Positions 13,721 to 28,330 of a DNA stretch of 64,000 nucleotides are shown here, piece after piece. How positions within the stretch are numbered: position 1 is the first letter of the stretch; each line of letters opens with the position of its first letter. The stretch lies in assembly GCA_951406725.2 (NCBI GenBank), contig OX597825.1:28892001-28956000 (forward strand). The letters are read 5' to 3'. Under the pieces are notes generated by a model, which was not told where the DNA came from, did no database searches, and saw only the letters and a program-made list of their open reading frames with translations. A program made the position numbers and the translations under genes. This DNA is from Octopus vulgaris (Eukaryota).

Positions 13721-14115
13721 AGTCGCTGGCAGAATCGTTAGCACGCCGGACAAAATATTTACCGACATTTCTTTCGCATTTACGTTCTGGTTTCAAATTC
13801 CACCGAAGTCAACTTTGCCTTTTATCGTTTCGGGGGGTCGATAAATTAAGTACCAGTCATGAACTGAGGTCGATGTTCGAGTATCCCTCTCCCCACAAAT
13901 TCCAGTCGCTGGCAGAATCGTTAGCACGCCAGACAAAATATTTACCGACATTTCTTTCGCATTTACGTTCTGGTTTCAAATTCCGCCGAAGTCAACTTTG
14001 CCTTTTATCGTTTCGGGGGGGTCGATAAATTAAGTACCAGTCATGAACTGAGGTCGATGTTCGAGTATCCCTCTCCCCACAAATTCCAGGCCTTGCGCCT
14101 ATAGTAGAAAGGATT
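13721..14115 (+). mobile_element. Family B-related SINE with a 183-bp tandem duplication
   Basis: Units start at 13721 and 13904 and differ by about two substitutions and one G. Confidence 0.9.
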
Positions 14116-14479
14116 TTAATACTCCCCTAAAACTAACACAATAACGACACACTTACACACAGTTCCATCAATCCGCTGGCTAACGCTCTTATGTAAGTAT
14201 GGAACACTCACGCTTTCAAACTTAGTTTTTCCTCCTCTCTCTATCTTGGTCTGCCGTACAACAAGCTCATTCATTCATTCATTTATTATCTCTCTCTATC
14301 TCGCAGACGAGCGCGCCTTTTCAAATATTGTTTGTCTGTCTATCTCTCTCTATTTAAACTCCTCTCTCTCTTTCACGATCTCTCTCTCTCTCCTACACTT
14401 AACTTCATTCATGGTTCTGAGGACCAGCGTGCTTCCATACATACCATCACATCCTCTCTCAGTTTTTTAGCAGACGTTA

Positions 14480-14480
14480 A

Positions 14481-14560
<80 letters not shown>

Positions 14561-14810
14561 GTCTATCTGTCTATCTATCTATTTTTCTTCTTTCTATCGC
14601 CATATTTTGCTCTCTTTCTCTTTTTCTATCGCCCCAACTTCTCTCTCTCTCTCTCTCTGTCTCTTTCTCGCTCGCTCGCTTTTCTTCACTTCCGCTCTCT
14701 GTCTATCTATCTATCTACTCAACCATCTCTATCTATCCCTGTATCTACTCTCCATTCTCTCTCCTTCCTTTCTCCCTCTCTCCTTCTTCACTTTTCTTTT
14801 CTTCCTCTCC

Positions 14811-14882
<72 letters not shown>

Positions 14883-14929
14883 TTGTCTGTCTGTCTGTCT
14901 GTCTGTCTCTCTATCTCTCTCTCTATCTA

Positions 14930-15006
<77 letters not shown>

Positions 15007-15191
15007 CTACCCTCCCTTCTCGTTGGTTTCTCTGCCAAAATTCCACATTCATTTCATGCCTCTCGTAACTGCTGCTGCTGCTACTTGTGCAACGGGTGCA
15101 ACGGGTGTTGTTTCTGCAGCTACAAATGTTGTTTTAACTGCTGTTCGTGTTGTTTCTGCTGTCGCTGCCGCTGCTGCTGCTGTCGCTACTA

Positions 15192-15244
<53 letters not shown>

Positions 15245-15278
15245 GATGATGATTTTGCTGCTGATACTCCTGCTGCTA

Positions 15279-15310
<32 letters not shown>

Positions 15311-15390
15311 ACTGCTGCTGCTACTGCTGCTGCTACTGCTGCTGCTACTACTGATGCTGCTGTCGTCGTAGTCGTCGTCGTCATCCGCTA
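14480..15390. repeat. Compound (CTAT)n/(CT)n/(CTG)n/(CTA)n low-complexity tract
   Basis: Read directly from the sequence. Confidence 0.92.
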
Positions 15391-15946
15391 GTGCTCGCAT
15401 CAATTCCTAAATTTAAAATCCGTTTAAAGGAATCGGAGAATATAGAGAAATCATACATTCGGAAAACTATTGTTGTTGCTGTTGTTGTAGTGGTGGTGAT
15501 GGTGGTAAGGGAGGTGGTGGTGGCGTTGGTGGCGGTGAGTTGTAGTAATGGTGGTGATTACGATGGTAATTGTATTATTGTGGTGGCTGTTGTCGGTGGT
15601 TGTGATGATGATAGTGGTGTTATAGTAGGGAGTGGCGGCAGCAATGGTCGTGGTGGTGCCGGTGGTGGTATCAAAGTGGTGATGGTGGTGGTGGTAGTGA
15701 TGGTGGTGGTTGTATTGTCAGCAAGAAGTCATGTGGCTGGTGATAGTCATAAGTGGTGTTGATGGTATGTTTGCGCTGATTGATACTCCGAGTAATTCTG
15801 TCGCTGGGTTTTGTGTGCGTCTGTATCGGCGATGGATTACAGAGGTTGAAGTGTTTGTGAATCATTATCGTCATTGTCAGCACCTATGTTATTTCTGATC
15901 AAGAAGACCTAAGCTCAAAGAAGTCCAGCCATAACCATCCAGTCTA

Positions 15947-17093
15947 GGCAGTTTAGACATGCCGTGACTTCTTATGCGCAGACAACATGAGCTCAGGTTG
16001 CGACATCTGCAACGATTTCTAGACGGCGAGCGTGTGTGGGCTCCGTTTGTGAGACACGTCTTTCCGCAGTTCGTCCCCTTGACCCCTTGAAGGAGCTGTA
16101 GTCCTAGATGAAGGAAAGACCGAGACTAGGTGCGTGGTACCTATCAGTCGAGCAATGAGATCGGAGGATGTTCCACTTTAGCAATATAGAGAGAATTAGT
16201 AGCGAGGACAGGGGACGGGACGACGTTCTCAGGGACGTTGATGAAAACGAAGCGGCTAGTCTGTTCAGGAAGACTGTCCAGTTGGAGGCTTCTATGTATA
16301 ATTTCCAGATGTCTTTCGCTTGGTAGTGTTATAAGGGGGGAACTACCGGTTTGAGATAAACTCTACAGGAATGGATGTGCTGCTAGACAGGCTTTTCGAG
16401 GTGTACACATCTACCAAACCGTTCTGCACGCATTCGTTCAGTGTCCGGACATTGCTGATTTGTGGGGTTACATCTCGTGTGGGACGGACGAATCAGTCTA
16501 TCATCTGCCGAGTCCATAGTGATGATCGCGCCGCCACCCCGGATTAATCGGGCAGGTAAGGCAGTTTTCCTTTGTCTGTTGGCTGTGGTGAAAGAGGTTG
16601 ACTACTGGACGAAGTTGAAAGGCATGAAGTCAGAGACATTCCTCTTTGGCCAAGCTCTTATCGACTTTTTCAAGTTTCCCTTGAAAAGGAATGTGAGAGT
16701 GGAGAGGAAGGCGCTATCGTCAAGTGAATTTATTGAAAGGTAGGTGAAAGTTGCGAAATTTGCAAGAGTGGATGGTACCGCTCTAAATATAGACTTGTGA
16801 GACGGAGAAAATGAACTGGTGAGGGAAGTTGCCCTGGGTGTTCAACGAGATCTTTAACGATGGAGTTGCCCGATTATTCGTCGAAGTCCTCCTGCATCGT
16901 CCATTTCCCCATTTTTATTCTTTCTTACTGTCCTATACTATATATACTTCCATGCTTTGTTTTATTGAATACCGTGTATACTTTCTATCTAGATATATTA
17001 TTCTTTTATTTTTTTAATCTTTATCATATCAATATTTTATATCTGTCTTTGAATTGTCACTCTCATCCTTTACATGGTGACAAATAAAAGAAA
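15947..17093 (+). mobile_element. Decayed 3' part of an L1/Tx1-like LINE ORF2 with 3' UTR
   Basis: Fragments LRLRHLQRFLDGERVWAPFVR, NFQMSFAW*CY.GELPV*DKLYR and TVLHAFVQCPDIADLW (zf-RVT/CCHC-like), plus ORF 16462-16743; AATAAAAGAAA end followed by (TCG/TCA)n. Confidence 0.82.
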
Positions 17094-17158
17094 TCGTCGT
17101 CGTCGTCATCATCATCATCATCATTATTCCTGTTATTATGGTTTAGGCGACGTCTATT

Positions 17159-17360
17159 TAGGCAGCATCGTTATCATACCGCACGAAATTATTAGCGGCA
17201 TTTCTTCCGACTATGTGTTCTGAGTTCAAATATCGTTAAGGCCGACTTTGCCTTTTATCCTTTCGGATAGATTAAATCAAGCCCCTGTTGAGCACTGGAG
17301 TCGATGTAATCGACGAGTCACCTCTCCTAAAATATTTCGAGCCTCGTGCCTATTGTAGAA
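17159..17360 (+). mobile_element. Diverged family B-related SINE
   Basis: TTCTGAGTTCAAAT...CGACTTTGCCTTTTATCCTTTCGG core. Confidence 0.75.
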
Positions 17361-18284
17361 ATGATTATTATTGTTTTCTTTCTTCTGTCTTTTTTTCTTC
17401 TTCTTCTTCTTCTTCTGCTTTTGCATATACAGCAGCACCAGAAAGTTCGATAAGTGTATACTTATGCTTAAAGTTAAAAGGGGGGAATTTGAAAGGAATT
17501 TGGTTTCACATCTTGCGGATGTACAGGTTGTACATAGTAATGATGACGGTGGCATTTATAGAGATGATATTTGCTCTGATTCTGCAGGTCTAGTATTTAA
17601 AGTATTTCTGGCTGCAACCATGGCATTATATTTGTATTTACGCCATTTCTTAAAGAAGCTGAGTGAGAAAGATTTAGCTACTATATCTAGAAGATGGAGT
17701 AATCATACAGAACCTCCATAACTGGGCTTGTGGTAACTATCGTTTAAAAAGATGCTGAGAGTGGAGAAGTAATAAAGAAAAGGGAAAGAGAAAAGAGAAA
17801 GAGAGAAAGAGAGAGAGAGGGTGAAAAAGAGTAAAAGTAGTAAGGAAGTGTGGGTGGGATGCCTTAGCGTGGTCCCAGTCAAATAACTGCAACTAGTCGA
17901 ATACATAGACTACTCATATATATACGTATGGCGAATTGCCACGGTAAGATGAAAAAATCAAAAAAAAAAAAAAAAAAGGAAGTAGAAAAGGATACCGATC
18001 CTAAATTATCCGGACGGATAACAAAACATGAAAATTCAATTAGAAATTTCATTTTCGTACCGGGAAGAACATACGAAGACTTGCGTATTTGTTCGTAGAG
18101 AAAACTAACAGTATCTACACAAAGAACTCCTAAGCAGAGGAGATCTGCACTGGTGGTATTTTAGCAGTATGTGAGAAGCTTTTCTTTGTCTATGAGTTTT
18201 CTCTATAGTTAGAAAAAGAAATTTAAAAAAAATTAACTTAATTGATTTTAAGTCTCTGTTTATTTCTACCCCTTCTCTACATTT

Positions 18285-18435
18285 AGAAGAAGAAGAAGAA
18301 GAAGAAGAAGAAGAAGAAGAAGAAGAAGAAGAAGAAGAAGAAGAAGAAGAAGAAGAAGAAGAAGAAGAAGAAGAAGAAGAAGAAGAAGAAGAAGAAGAAG
18401 AAGAAGAAGAAGAAGAAGAAGAAGAAGAAGAAGAA
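18285..18435. repeat. Pure (GAA)n tract, about 50 units
   Basis: Read directly; uninterrupted. Confidence 0.98.
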
Positions 18436-18692
18436 ATGAATTTAACTTAATTTCAGTTCCCGAGTTACGTTGTGTTGATGAGTCCAAAAGGAAGTCAAAA
18501 TAATGGTATTCATGGCTAGCAGTGACTTTAAGGATTTGATCTCATGGAAATGAATAAAAGAATTATGGAGAAATATATGTATGATCTTCACTGTTAAATG
18601 TAATATAGATATAGATTCCTGAACAAGCTAAAAGCCTGAAGCGATAATCTACCCTTCAGTAGCAGGAACAGACAAAATACACACGCACACAC

Positions 18693-18757
<65 letters not shown>

Positions 18758-18869
18758 TATATTTATACCCATTTATAGATATGCAAATACATATGCATAT
18801 ACGTATATATACATAAAAATGTATATCACCATACGTGGATATATGTATACATATACATACACATATGTA

Positions 18870-18916
<47 letters not shown>

Positions 18917-18946
18917 ACTCACACACACACACACACACTCACCCAT

Positions 18947-20190
18947 AAATGGCTGGAAAGAAAGTTCTGTCACTTTTTTGACTCGATCACGTTGAGGATA
19001 TTTTTTCAATTCTTAAACAAAATAAACGTTAATTTTCTACTTTCAAATGTCTTTTTTTGTTCTTTATATATATTTTTTTTTACCTTAGTGGTTAAACTCT
19101 TATTTGATTTTTGCCGTTTAAAATAGTTTTTAGATCAGATACTGTTCGCTGTGTGAATTTAAAAGGGGTTCTTTAGCAATAAATCCTTCTGGCAATGAAA
19201 CTATAAATGTCTGGACATGCAATCGATTGTTTGACCAATTCCATTTGGGAAATTCTTCTCTTGCAGATTCCCCTCCATATAGATGACCGACCAAATTCTG
19301 TCGATATTATGCTGAAAACCGTTGCTGAGTAAAATGTAAAGCGAAGCGCCAGAGCATTTGCAAAACAATTCAATTTAAGTCATACTTCAGTTATAAAACA
19401 TCTTTCATGAAGGAGAAAAAGTGTCTAAATTTGGTTAGTGGGACCCTTGTCGTGTGACTGTTTCTCAGCGAAATCAATATGCTGCAATCTGTTCGTCATT
19501 CGAGAGAAAACATGTAGCCGATATTTTCCTTGGTAGAATCATCACCAGGGATGAAAATGGATTCTCTCTAAATCATATCCAATGCAAATGACAAAAGAGA
19601 GTACCCAATAAAAGCACTGTTATTAGGTACTCCTAAACCAGAACTACACCAAAAAAAGTTTTCCTGTGTTTGGTGGAATATACAAGGTACTATCTATCAT
19701 GAAACGTTAAACCAAAACGAGAAAGTTAAGGGAGAATATTGTCGTCAAATAGAAGCAAGGCAAAAAAATTTGCAGAAAAAGTTTTACAGTCACTAGTTGA
19801 TTGTAAAAGGGGTGTTGCTCTTAAACGATAATGCAAGACCAATATATCACTCAAGTCACTCAGAAAAAAGATTAAAGCACTAAATATGGAAGTTTTGCTT
19901 CATCTTTCCTTTCTCTCCTGACGTTGCTCCATCTATCATCTTTTCAGATCATTGCAAGATTGTTTGGAATGAAAAAAAGTTTATTCATTGTGAAAAGGTT
20001 CAATATTACACTGAGTGTTTCTTGAAGAATTTTGCAACCGAGGGATCAAAAATTTACAATAGAAATGAAATTATGTTAACTAAAGTGATGGATGGGAAAT
20101 GATATCTTTATCAAATATATCAGTTAAAACGAAAGAAGCATTTCTTTCTTACTCATCTTGCGATGCAACATGACTTCTTTTCCAACCCAC
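18947..20190 (+). mobile_element. Decayed mariner DNA transposon (~1.25 kb) with transposase pseudogene
   Basis: Frameshifted motifs SARAFAKQFNLSHTSVIKHL, FLGRIITRDE(K)WI, PKPELH.KKV..VWWN..G.IYHE, LLLNDNARP and SPDVAPS.YHLFRSLQ; degenerate TIRs TGGCTGGAAAGAAAGTTCTGTC and (reverse complement) GGGTTGGAAAAGAAGTCATGTT. Confidence 0.9.
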
Positions 20191-20205
20191 CTTCATATAT
20201 ATATA

Positions 20206-20575
20206 TCTCTTATGTAAAATCCGTTCTGTGTGAGTGTGTGTGTGTGTGTGTGGCTTCTAGGATCTCGGGCATCCTCCATCCGATTACGCTCAAATTTGAT
20301 AGGTAAATACCGATGGTATCAGGGCGTGTATAAGTCTTGAAAAAATTACAAAAGTCGATTCCAGGTGAGGATGCGATCGATAAAGCCTTGAGAAATCGTT
20401 TTTCTTTGGAATGGAAAAGAAGTCTATCTTTATTTTTTCGTTTGCTGATGTCTCAAATTTAGGTCAAATCAGTGTTTCTCAAAGGGGAGGCCTATGGGAC
20501 GGACAAGTTGTTATAAGAAAATTTGGCTTAAATGTTTGACAACTCAGCACCGTCCATTGGACGGCGGGCGTTTTG

Positions 20576-20579
<4 letters not shown>
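20206..20579 (+). mobile_element. Probable non-autonomous Helitron
   Basis: Starts A|TC, contains an internal (TG)n, has a subterminal hairpin CCGTCC-ATT-GGACGG (20550-20564) and ends CTCG|T, one mismatch from CTRR. Confidence 0.7.
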
Positions 20580-20614
<35 letters not shown>

Positions 20615-20618
<4 letters not shown>

Positions 20619-20867
20619 TAGAAGGTTTGGAGATGATGTACAGGTATTCTATATTAGAAGAAATGAGGTCCTCATAAATTCGGATGGTTTTATATTTATA
20701 ATTACAGATATTTATTTGTATATTAGATGTTTTTATACATCATATAACATATATCATATATCATATATTAGCGCTTTCGCCCATTCTAGTGGGGTTTTCA
20801 AATTGAACTAAGTTCTTGGGGAAAAAATTGACCATTTTGTAGTGCTCTTGAGTGTGTAGTGGTGGGG

Positions 20868-20872
<5 letters not shown>
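20615..20872 (-). mobile_element. Microsatellite-flanked fragment, probably a PLE terminus, with a degenerate hammerhead-like motif
   Basis: Minus strand 20767-20805 reads TTGAAAA C CCCA CTAGAA TGGG C GAAA GCGC TA. Confidence 0.45.
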
Positions 20873-20916
<44 letters not shown>

Positions 20917-21551
20917 TTAGAAGTAGCACCAATCCTCACTTTTCATCGGTGGAATGTCGAGCAAAGGAAGGGGCGTCCACAAGACTATTGGCATGGCTGC
21001 CTGGACACCGCATTCTAGTTTATCTGGAGTTAAGCAGACTGCTTCACAACTTCGGAGATAAGTGCCCCGTGTAGGTCCGATCGACTGCATTCATACTCGC
21101 TGGAAACGTATTTTGCCATTTGGCGCGATTTTGAACTATACACACACACACATTTCAAGGGTCTTTGGTTATCATTTCTAGCAAGCAGACCTTCAAGGGA
21201 GATACTCTCTTTCTGATACAATACGTAGGTTAGAGAACTCTCATTGTTTATTACTTTGCGTTTGATTCTTTTTGTCTTTTGCTTTATTTACTTCGGAAGT
21301 TTATGGTTCAACGACGGCCTGGCTGCTATTTCTTGAAAGTTGATCGACCATTTTCGACCATTTAGAGGATCGCTCAAGGGTGAAAATATTGTGGAGGTGG
21401 GTGGTTGAAGTCTGAGGGCGATTGATTAACAGGCAAAGAGTATAATATATTACGAGAAAGAGAAAGGAAGAGAAATTTGAGAAGAAAACAAAAAGAAAGA
21501 GAAAGAAAGATCGAGATAGACAGGCAGATAGATAGATAGATATATAGATAA

Positions 21552-21621
<70 letters not shown>

Positions 21622-21880
21622 GGTTACTGATTGTTGGATTAACAGGTAGGAAGGACGGTAGCTTAATAGACAAGCTGAAGTAAAGAGCATGTTAAACATT
21701 TAAATATATACTCGCTTGTGTATGGGTTATATATATATATATATATATAATACACCTTCACACATACGCAATTACACACGTATGCATAATTTGTACACAT
21801 ATGTGTACACAGCTATACGTGTGTGTCTACGCGAGTTTCTGTTTAAGAATGCGTTTGTGCATATAAATGCATGTCTAAAT

Positions 21881-21956
<76 letters not shown>

Positions 21957-22148
21957 AGAGAAAAAGTATAGATGTTGGTACGTAGTCATTCATACACACA
22001 GCTGAAAACGTGCACAGGCACTGAAAGATACACTAAGGCGCACGTAAATATCTACGCGCCTAGAACTAACTACATGTTACATGAAAAACTGTAAGCTAAC
22101 ATGTTTACACCATCATTCCCTTTTCCACCCAACACACACACACACACA

Positions 22149-22200
<52 letters not shown>

Positions 22201-22916
22201 GCTTTTCTCACTCACTCTCTTTTCCTTTCCTTTCATGCGTGCAGAAATATATAGATAGATGTGTATGTGTAAGAAAATGAGAGAGAAAGAGGGAGAGAGA
22301 GAGAAAATGAGATAGAGATTAGAAACGAGATAAAGTGAGAGAGGGGTAGAGAGAGAGAGAGAGAGAGAGAGAAAATAGACTTCACGAGACTCTTTATTCA
22401 GAACCGCTACAAACGTTTCAACCCACTATGCACCCTTACCTTACAGGTGAGATGATGTACAATCAATTTGCCGTGCATCACAGGTGCAAATGCGTCTCCT
22501 CTGAAAACTTTTCAACAAATCACCTCGATTTTTTTATTTGCCGTTTCTCTTATTTCTAAAACAATAAATACATTTGTGGTTTAGTGTAGATACGAGAAAA
22601 AAGTAATTTTTACATAAGCACTAAAAGAAAGAATACAAGGAGAAAAAGAATCAGGAACCAAAATAAAGTAAAATAAAATAAAATTGAAGAATAGAAAATA
22701 TGGAGAGCTTTAAATACCATGATACAAGGAATCGAGACGAATATTAAATCGTATACATACATATATATAAATAATATATATATATGCATGTATGTATGTA
22801 TGTATGTATGTATGTATTTGTATGTATGTATGTATGTATGTATGTATGTATGCATGCATGTATGTATGTATGTATGTATGTATGTATGTATGTATGTATG
22901 TATGTATGTATGTATG

Positions 22917-23634
<718 letters not shown>

Positions 23635-24056
23635 ATATTGTTATATTTCGGAATGGTCATTTTGCCAGTTTAGCCAATAAAAACACACGCACTATATATT
23701 TGGTGTTATTTTGCTTCAGTGTTATTTATTTTTTACATTAATCTTAATCTTATTTCGGCCAGAGTTCTTTCGTCACACTCCTGTGACCGCATCAGTGGTC
23801 CTTTGTTTTCTTCTTTCTTATTTCTGTCTCTCCTTACTAATGGCTGACGGTTAGTAAGGAGAGACACAAATAAGAAAGAAGAAACAAAGGACCACTGATG
23901 CGGTCACAGGAGTGTGACAAAAGAACTCTGGCCGAAATAAGATTAAGATTAATGTAAAAAAATAAATAACACTGAAGCAAAATAACACCAAATATATAGT
24001 GCGTGTGTTTTTATTGGCTAAACTGGCAAAATGGCCATTCCGAAATATAACAATAT
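23635..24056. repeat. Near-perfect palindrome with ~205-bp arms and a 10-bp spacer (23841-23850)
   Basis: 23635-23840 is the reverse complement of 23851-24056 apart from a few substitutions and 1-nt indels. Confidence 0.95.
23757..23800 (-). ncRNA. Hammerhead-like motif in the palindrome arm (CUGAUGC variant); mirror copy at 23890-23933 (+)
   Basis: GACCA CUGAUGC G GUCACA GGAG UGUGAC GAAA GAA CUC UGGCC; the mirror copy has AAAA in place of GAAA. Confidence 0.55.
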
Positions 24057-24109
24057 CTGTTTCAACACACGACTTCACATAAAATATCTTGCACAACAAA
24101 TATTTAAAC

Positions 24110-24149
<40 letters not shown>

Positions 24150-24291
24150 TAAATAATAAGGGTAGAAATTGATATTGATAAATTAAAACTAGTGGCTTTA
24201 GCATGTCTGAAGATTAAATATTGTGTTACATACAAAATAAAGAGAAATGACCACTAAAGTGGACACCTAATATGGTCATTCCTCTTAATTT

Positions 24292-24364
<73 letters not shown>

Positions 24365-24387
24365 TTTGTAGAAAGCATGAATCCGGA

Positions 24388-24577
24388 GTGCTTCACTACC
24401 GGTGCTTGTGTATTTATGGCCCCGTAACTTAACAGTTCGGAAAAAGGGATTCGATAGAATATGTACCAGGCTTGTAAAAAAAAGGGAGCAGTGGGGTCGT
24501 TACATTCGACTAAAACTTCTTCAAGTCGGTGTCCCAGCACGGCCGCAGTCTAATGACTGACACAAATACATAAAAGA
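24388..24577 (+). mobile_element. Family A SINE, 3' half
   Basis: CCCCGTAACTTAACAGTTCGG...CAGCACGGCCGCAGTCTAATGACTGA. Confidence 0.8.
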
Positions 24578-24794
24578 TATATATTTACACACACACATAC
24601 ACACACACATATATATATAGACACATACACACCCGTCTCCCTCTTTTACACTTTCATCTAATGACAGTCACCGTCTATCTTTATCTCTCTCCCTCCTTCC
24701 ACACACACACACACACTCTCTCTCTCTCTCTCTCTTTCTCTTTCTCTCTCTCTCACCGTCTATCTTTATCTCTCTCCCTCCTTCCACACACACA

Positions 24795-24836
<42 letters not shown>

Positions 24837-25551
24837 CATTTATCCTCACTACCGTCTTCATTCATCCATCCAAACATTCTTTCCCCACAGCCTTCTTCCA
24901 TTAGTTTCTTCTCTTATTCTTAGCCTTCTCTGTCTGTGTATCTCTCACTTTCTTTCTCTCTCTCTCTCTCTCCCACTTTCCTTTTATACCCTCCCCCCAC
25001 ACACATACACAGACACGCACGTACCCACAAAAACGCAAGCACACGCGATCAAACAAGTACCCCCACCACACACACACACATACACATACACACATACATA
25101 TACGGATACACACACATTCATTCATTCATTCATTCCTTCATTTATTCATTCACACATTCATTCATCCCTCGCTCTGTTTTTCTTCTCTCTCTCCCCCTCT
25201 CTGTTTCTCTCTTTCTCTCCCCCCCCCTCTCTCTCTCTTACACACGCTTGTATACACAAACTCACGTTCATTCATTCTCTTCTGTTACTCAGCCAATCTC
25301 TCTCTCTCTCTCTCCTCCTTCGCTTACATTCATTCATTCATTCATTCATTCATTCATTCATTCATTCTCTTTCGTTCTCTTCTGTCATTCACACACACAC
25401 ACACACACACACATACACACACAAACACACACACAGACACGTATATAAACATACATTTTCATTCACTTTCCTCCGTCACTCATTCTGTCGCTCAATCTCT
25501 CGGTCTCTATCTCTCTATCTCTCTATCTCTCTATCTCTCTCTCTCTCTCAG

Positions 25552-25596
<45 letters not shown>

Positions 25597-26621
25597 TTTT
25601 CCTTGTCGCTCGTTTCTCGCTTGCAATAAAACAAGACACACGAGGAAAACTCCACCAAAACGGTGTCTTTTACAGAAGCAACAGACTGCCTAAATGAACA
25701 CATCTCTCTTTTGTTTCCACTCACTTGGAAAATATATGCACCTATGTGTATATATGCGTGTATTTATGCTTACATATATGCACCTATGTGTATATATGCG
25801 TTTATTTATGCTTACATATATGCAAACTATACACCTAAGGAATTCACAAACACATCCCTCTAACCTTAGAGAAGAAATATTTATACATTTATAACTACGT
25901 ACCGTGGCGGAAGTTATTGCAGTATATAATATATACATACATACACAAACACTCATATATACATACGCATATACATACACATCCATCTATCCTTCTAGGT
26001 AGCATTCATCCTTCCTATCATCTCTCTCTTTCTCTTTCTCTCTCTGTCTCTATCTATATATCTTTCTATCTACTAACAAACATTGAACATGCCTTTCTCT
26101 CTCTTATTGTGTGTATATATGTATAAATATTTTCACACGTATGTATATACTCTATTACTGGCTACGTGTGTGCTGTTCTTGAACATACGTAAAGACACTT
26201 TATCACATACAGACTCACAGACACGCAGATACATGGATTTACATTAACACACACATACATAGAAGCACACCTCTCATATATATATATATATATATATATC
26301 CACGGAGAGAAAGAGAGAGATGATAAAACTGATGTATATTATTATTATTATTATTATTATTACTATTATAATAAACAACGACAATATCAATAACAAATTG
26401 TGCATATTACGGTTGTTGATGGTGTAACATATTTGGGAAGAAGCAACAAATTTATACACACCCATCGCATGTCATAACTGCGACCCGGTTTCATTTCAAA
26501 ACGTGTGTCACAGATTTCTACAAGCACTTGCTAGAAATTAATTGTTTTGGGAAGGGCATTCTCGCCACGGCTACATAATCCATCTTCTTTGAAAACACAA
26601 GAATATATATATATATATATA

Positions 26622-26716
<95 letters not shown>

Positions 26717-27129
26717 ATATTTTATATATATATATATGTGTTGTATAGACACGCTGTAAAAGAAGCTATTATTAATTTTTCATCAATTTTTGGTGTAATT
26801 TTTTCTAATTACTCGAAAACAGCATTATTAATGAATTGAACAGACGAGAAACAAAATAAATCTCTATTATTATTTTATATGTCTTTCTCTTTTTTTTTTC
26901 TTTTTAAATTTATATTTAATTTTAAAATAAAAACCAGCTCAGAATATGTTTTTTTTTATTCCTACCGCTTTCTTTTTTTTTATGATGAATCAATAAATAA
27001 GAAAGAAAGTGAAACAGAAAGAAAGACAGAAAGAAAGAAAGAAAGAATGAATGAAAGGAAGAAAGAAAAAAGAGAGTAAAGTGAAAGAAGAACTAAATAA
27101 TTTCTTCGGAAAAACCTGAATTATTTCAA

Positions 27130-27275
27130 TTTGTAATTATAATCATCATCACCGTCATAATTATTATTATCATCATTATTAATATTTTTATTAATATTAT
27201 TATTATTATTATCATTATTAATATTATTATAATTATTATTATTATTATTATTATTATTATCATTATTATTATTAC

Positions 27276-27368
<93 letters not shown>

Positions 27369-27480
27369 CATTATTATTATTATTATTATCATTACTATTA
27401 CTATTATTATTATCATTATTATTATTATCATTATTATTATCATTATTATTATTATTATTATTATCAATATTATTATAGTT
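27130..27480. repeat. (ATT/ATC)n microsatellite
   Basis: Read directly from the sequence. Confidence 0.95.
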
Positions 27481-28069
27481 GCTGTTACCGCAATTGCCAT
27501 ACAATGTGTGTGCGTGTGTACGTGTGTATGCATGTATATATGTATGCATATATATGTATGTGTATATATATATATATATATAAATGATAACACTGATGTA
27601 CATTATTATATACACACACACACACACTCACGCACGTAAGTGTTGTTGATAAATCGGAAAGGAAAGCAACACGGAAGAACTGAAAGCAACAACAAGAACA
27701 ACAACCACAACTACAATAACAGCAATAGCAAGAATATTTAAGCGCTAGATTCGTTAAATCGAATACACCAAATATCTTATAAATGTGGTGCTGCTGCTGT
27801 TACCGCTATCTGGTGGCATTGGCGCTGGTGATGGTCTTGGAGATGCCGATGGAACAGTATTGGTGTTAGTGAAGGTGTTGCCGGCGGCATCGGTCGCGGC
27901 GGCTGTGGCGCAGAAAGCCCCACGTTACAGGAGAAGCGATGTCCGATAAGGAACGGAGATAAAAAACAAAAAAAAAAAAACACAATTAAAAACAACAACA
28001 TCAACAACAACAACAGCAACAACAAAACAAACAAACAAACAAAAAAAATACATCCACAGCAATAAAAAA

Positions 28070-28299
28070 AACGATGATCAGAATAATAATAACGGTGACC
28101 AAAGCGATAACGACGACGACGATGACGACGATGACAAAGGCGATGTCGACGACGATGAAGATGAGGAAGATGCCTATGTCGATGTTGGTGATGATGATGA
28201 TGACGATGATGACGGTGGGAGAGATGACGACGACGATCGCAGTGATGATGATGACGGTGATGAAGATGATGATGATGATGATGACGACGATGGCAGCGA

Positions 28300-28330
<31 letters not shown>

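Noticed and set aside
14332-15762. 304-aa ORF and neighbouring long ORFs
   Set aside because: Entirely CTAT/CT/CTG/GGT repeat sequence.
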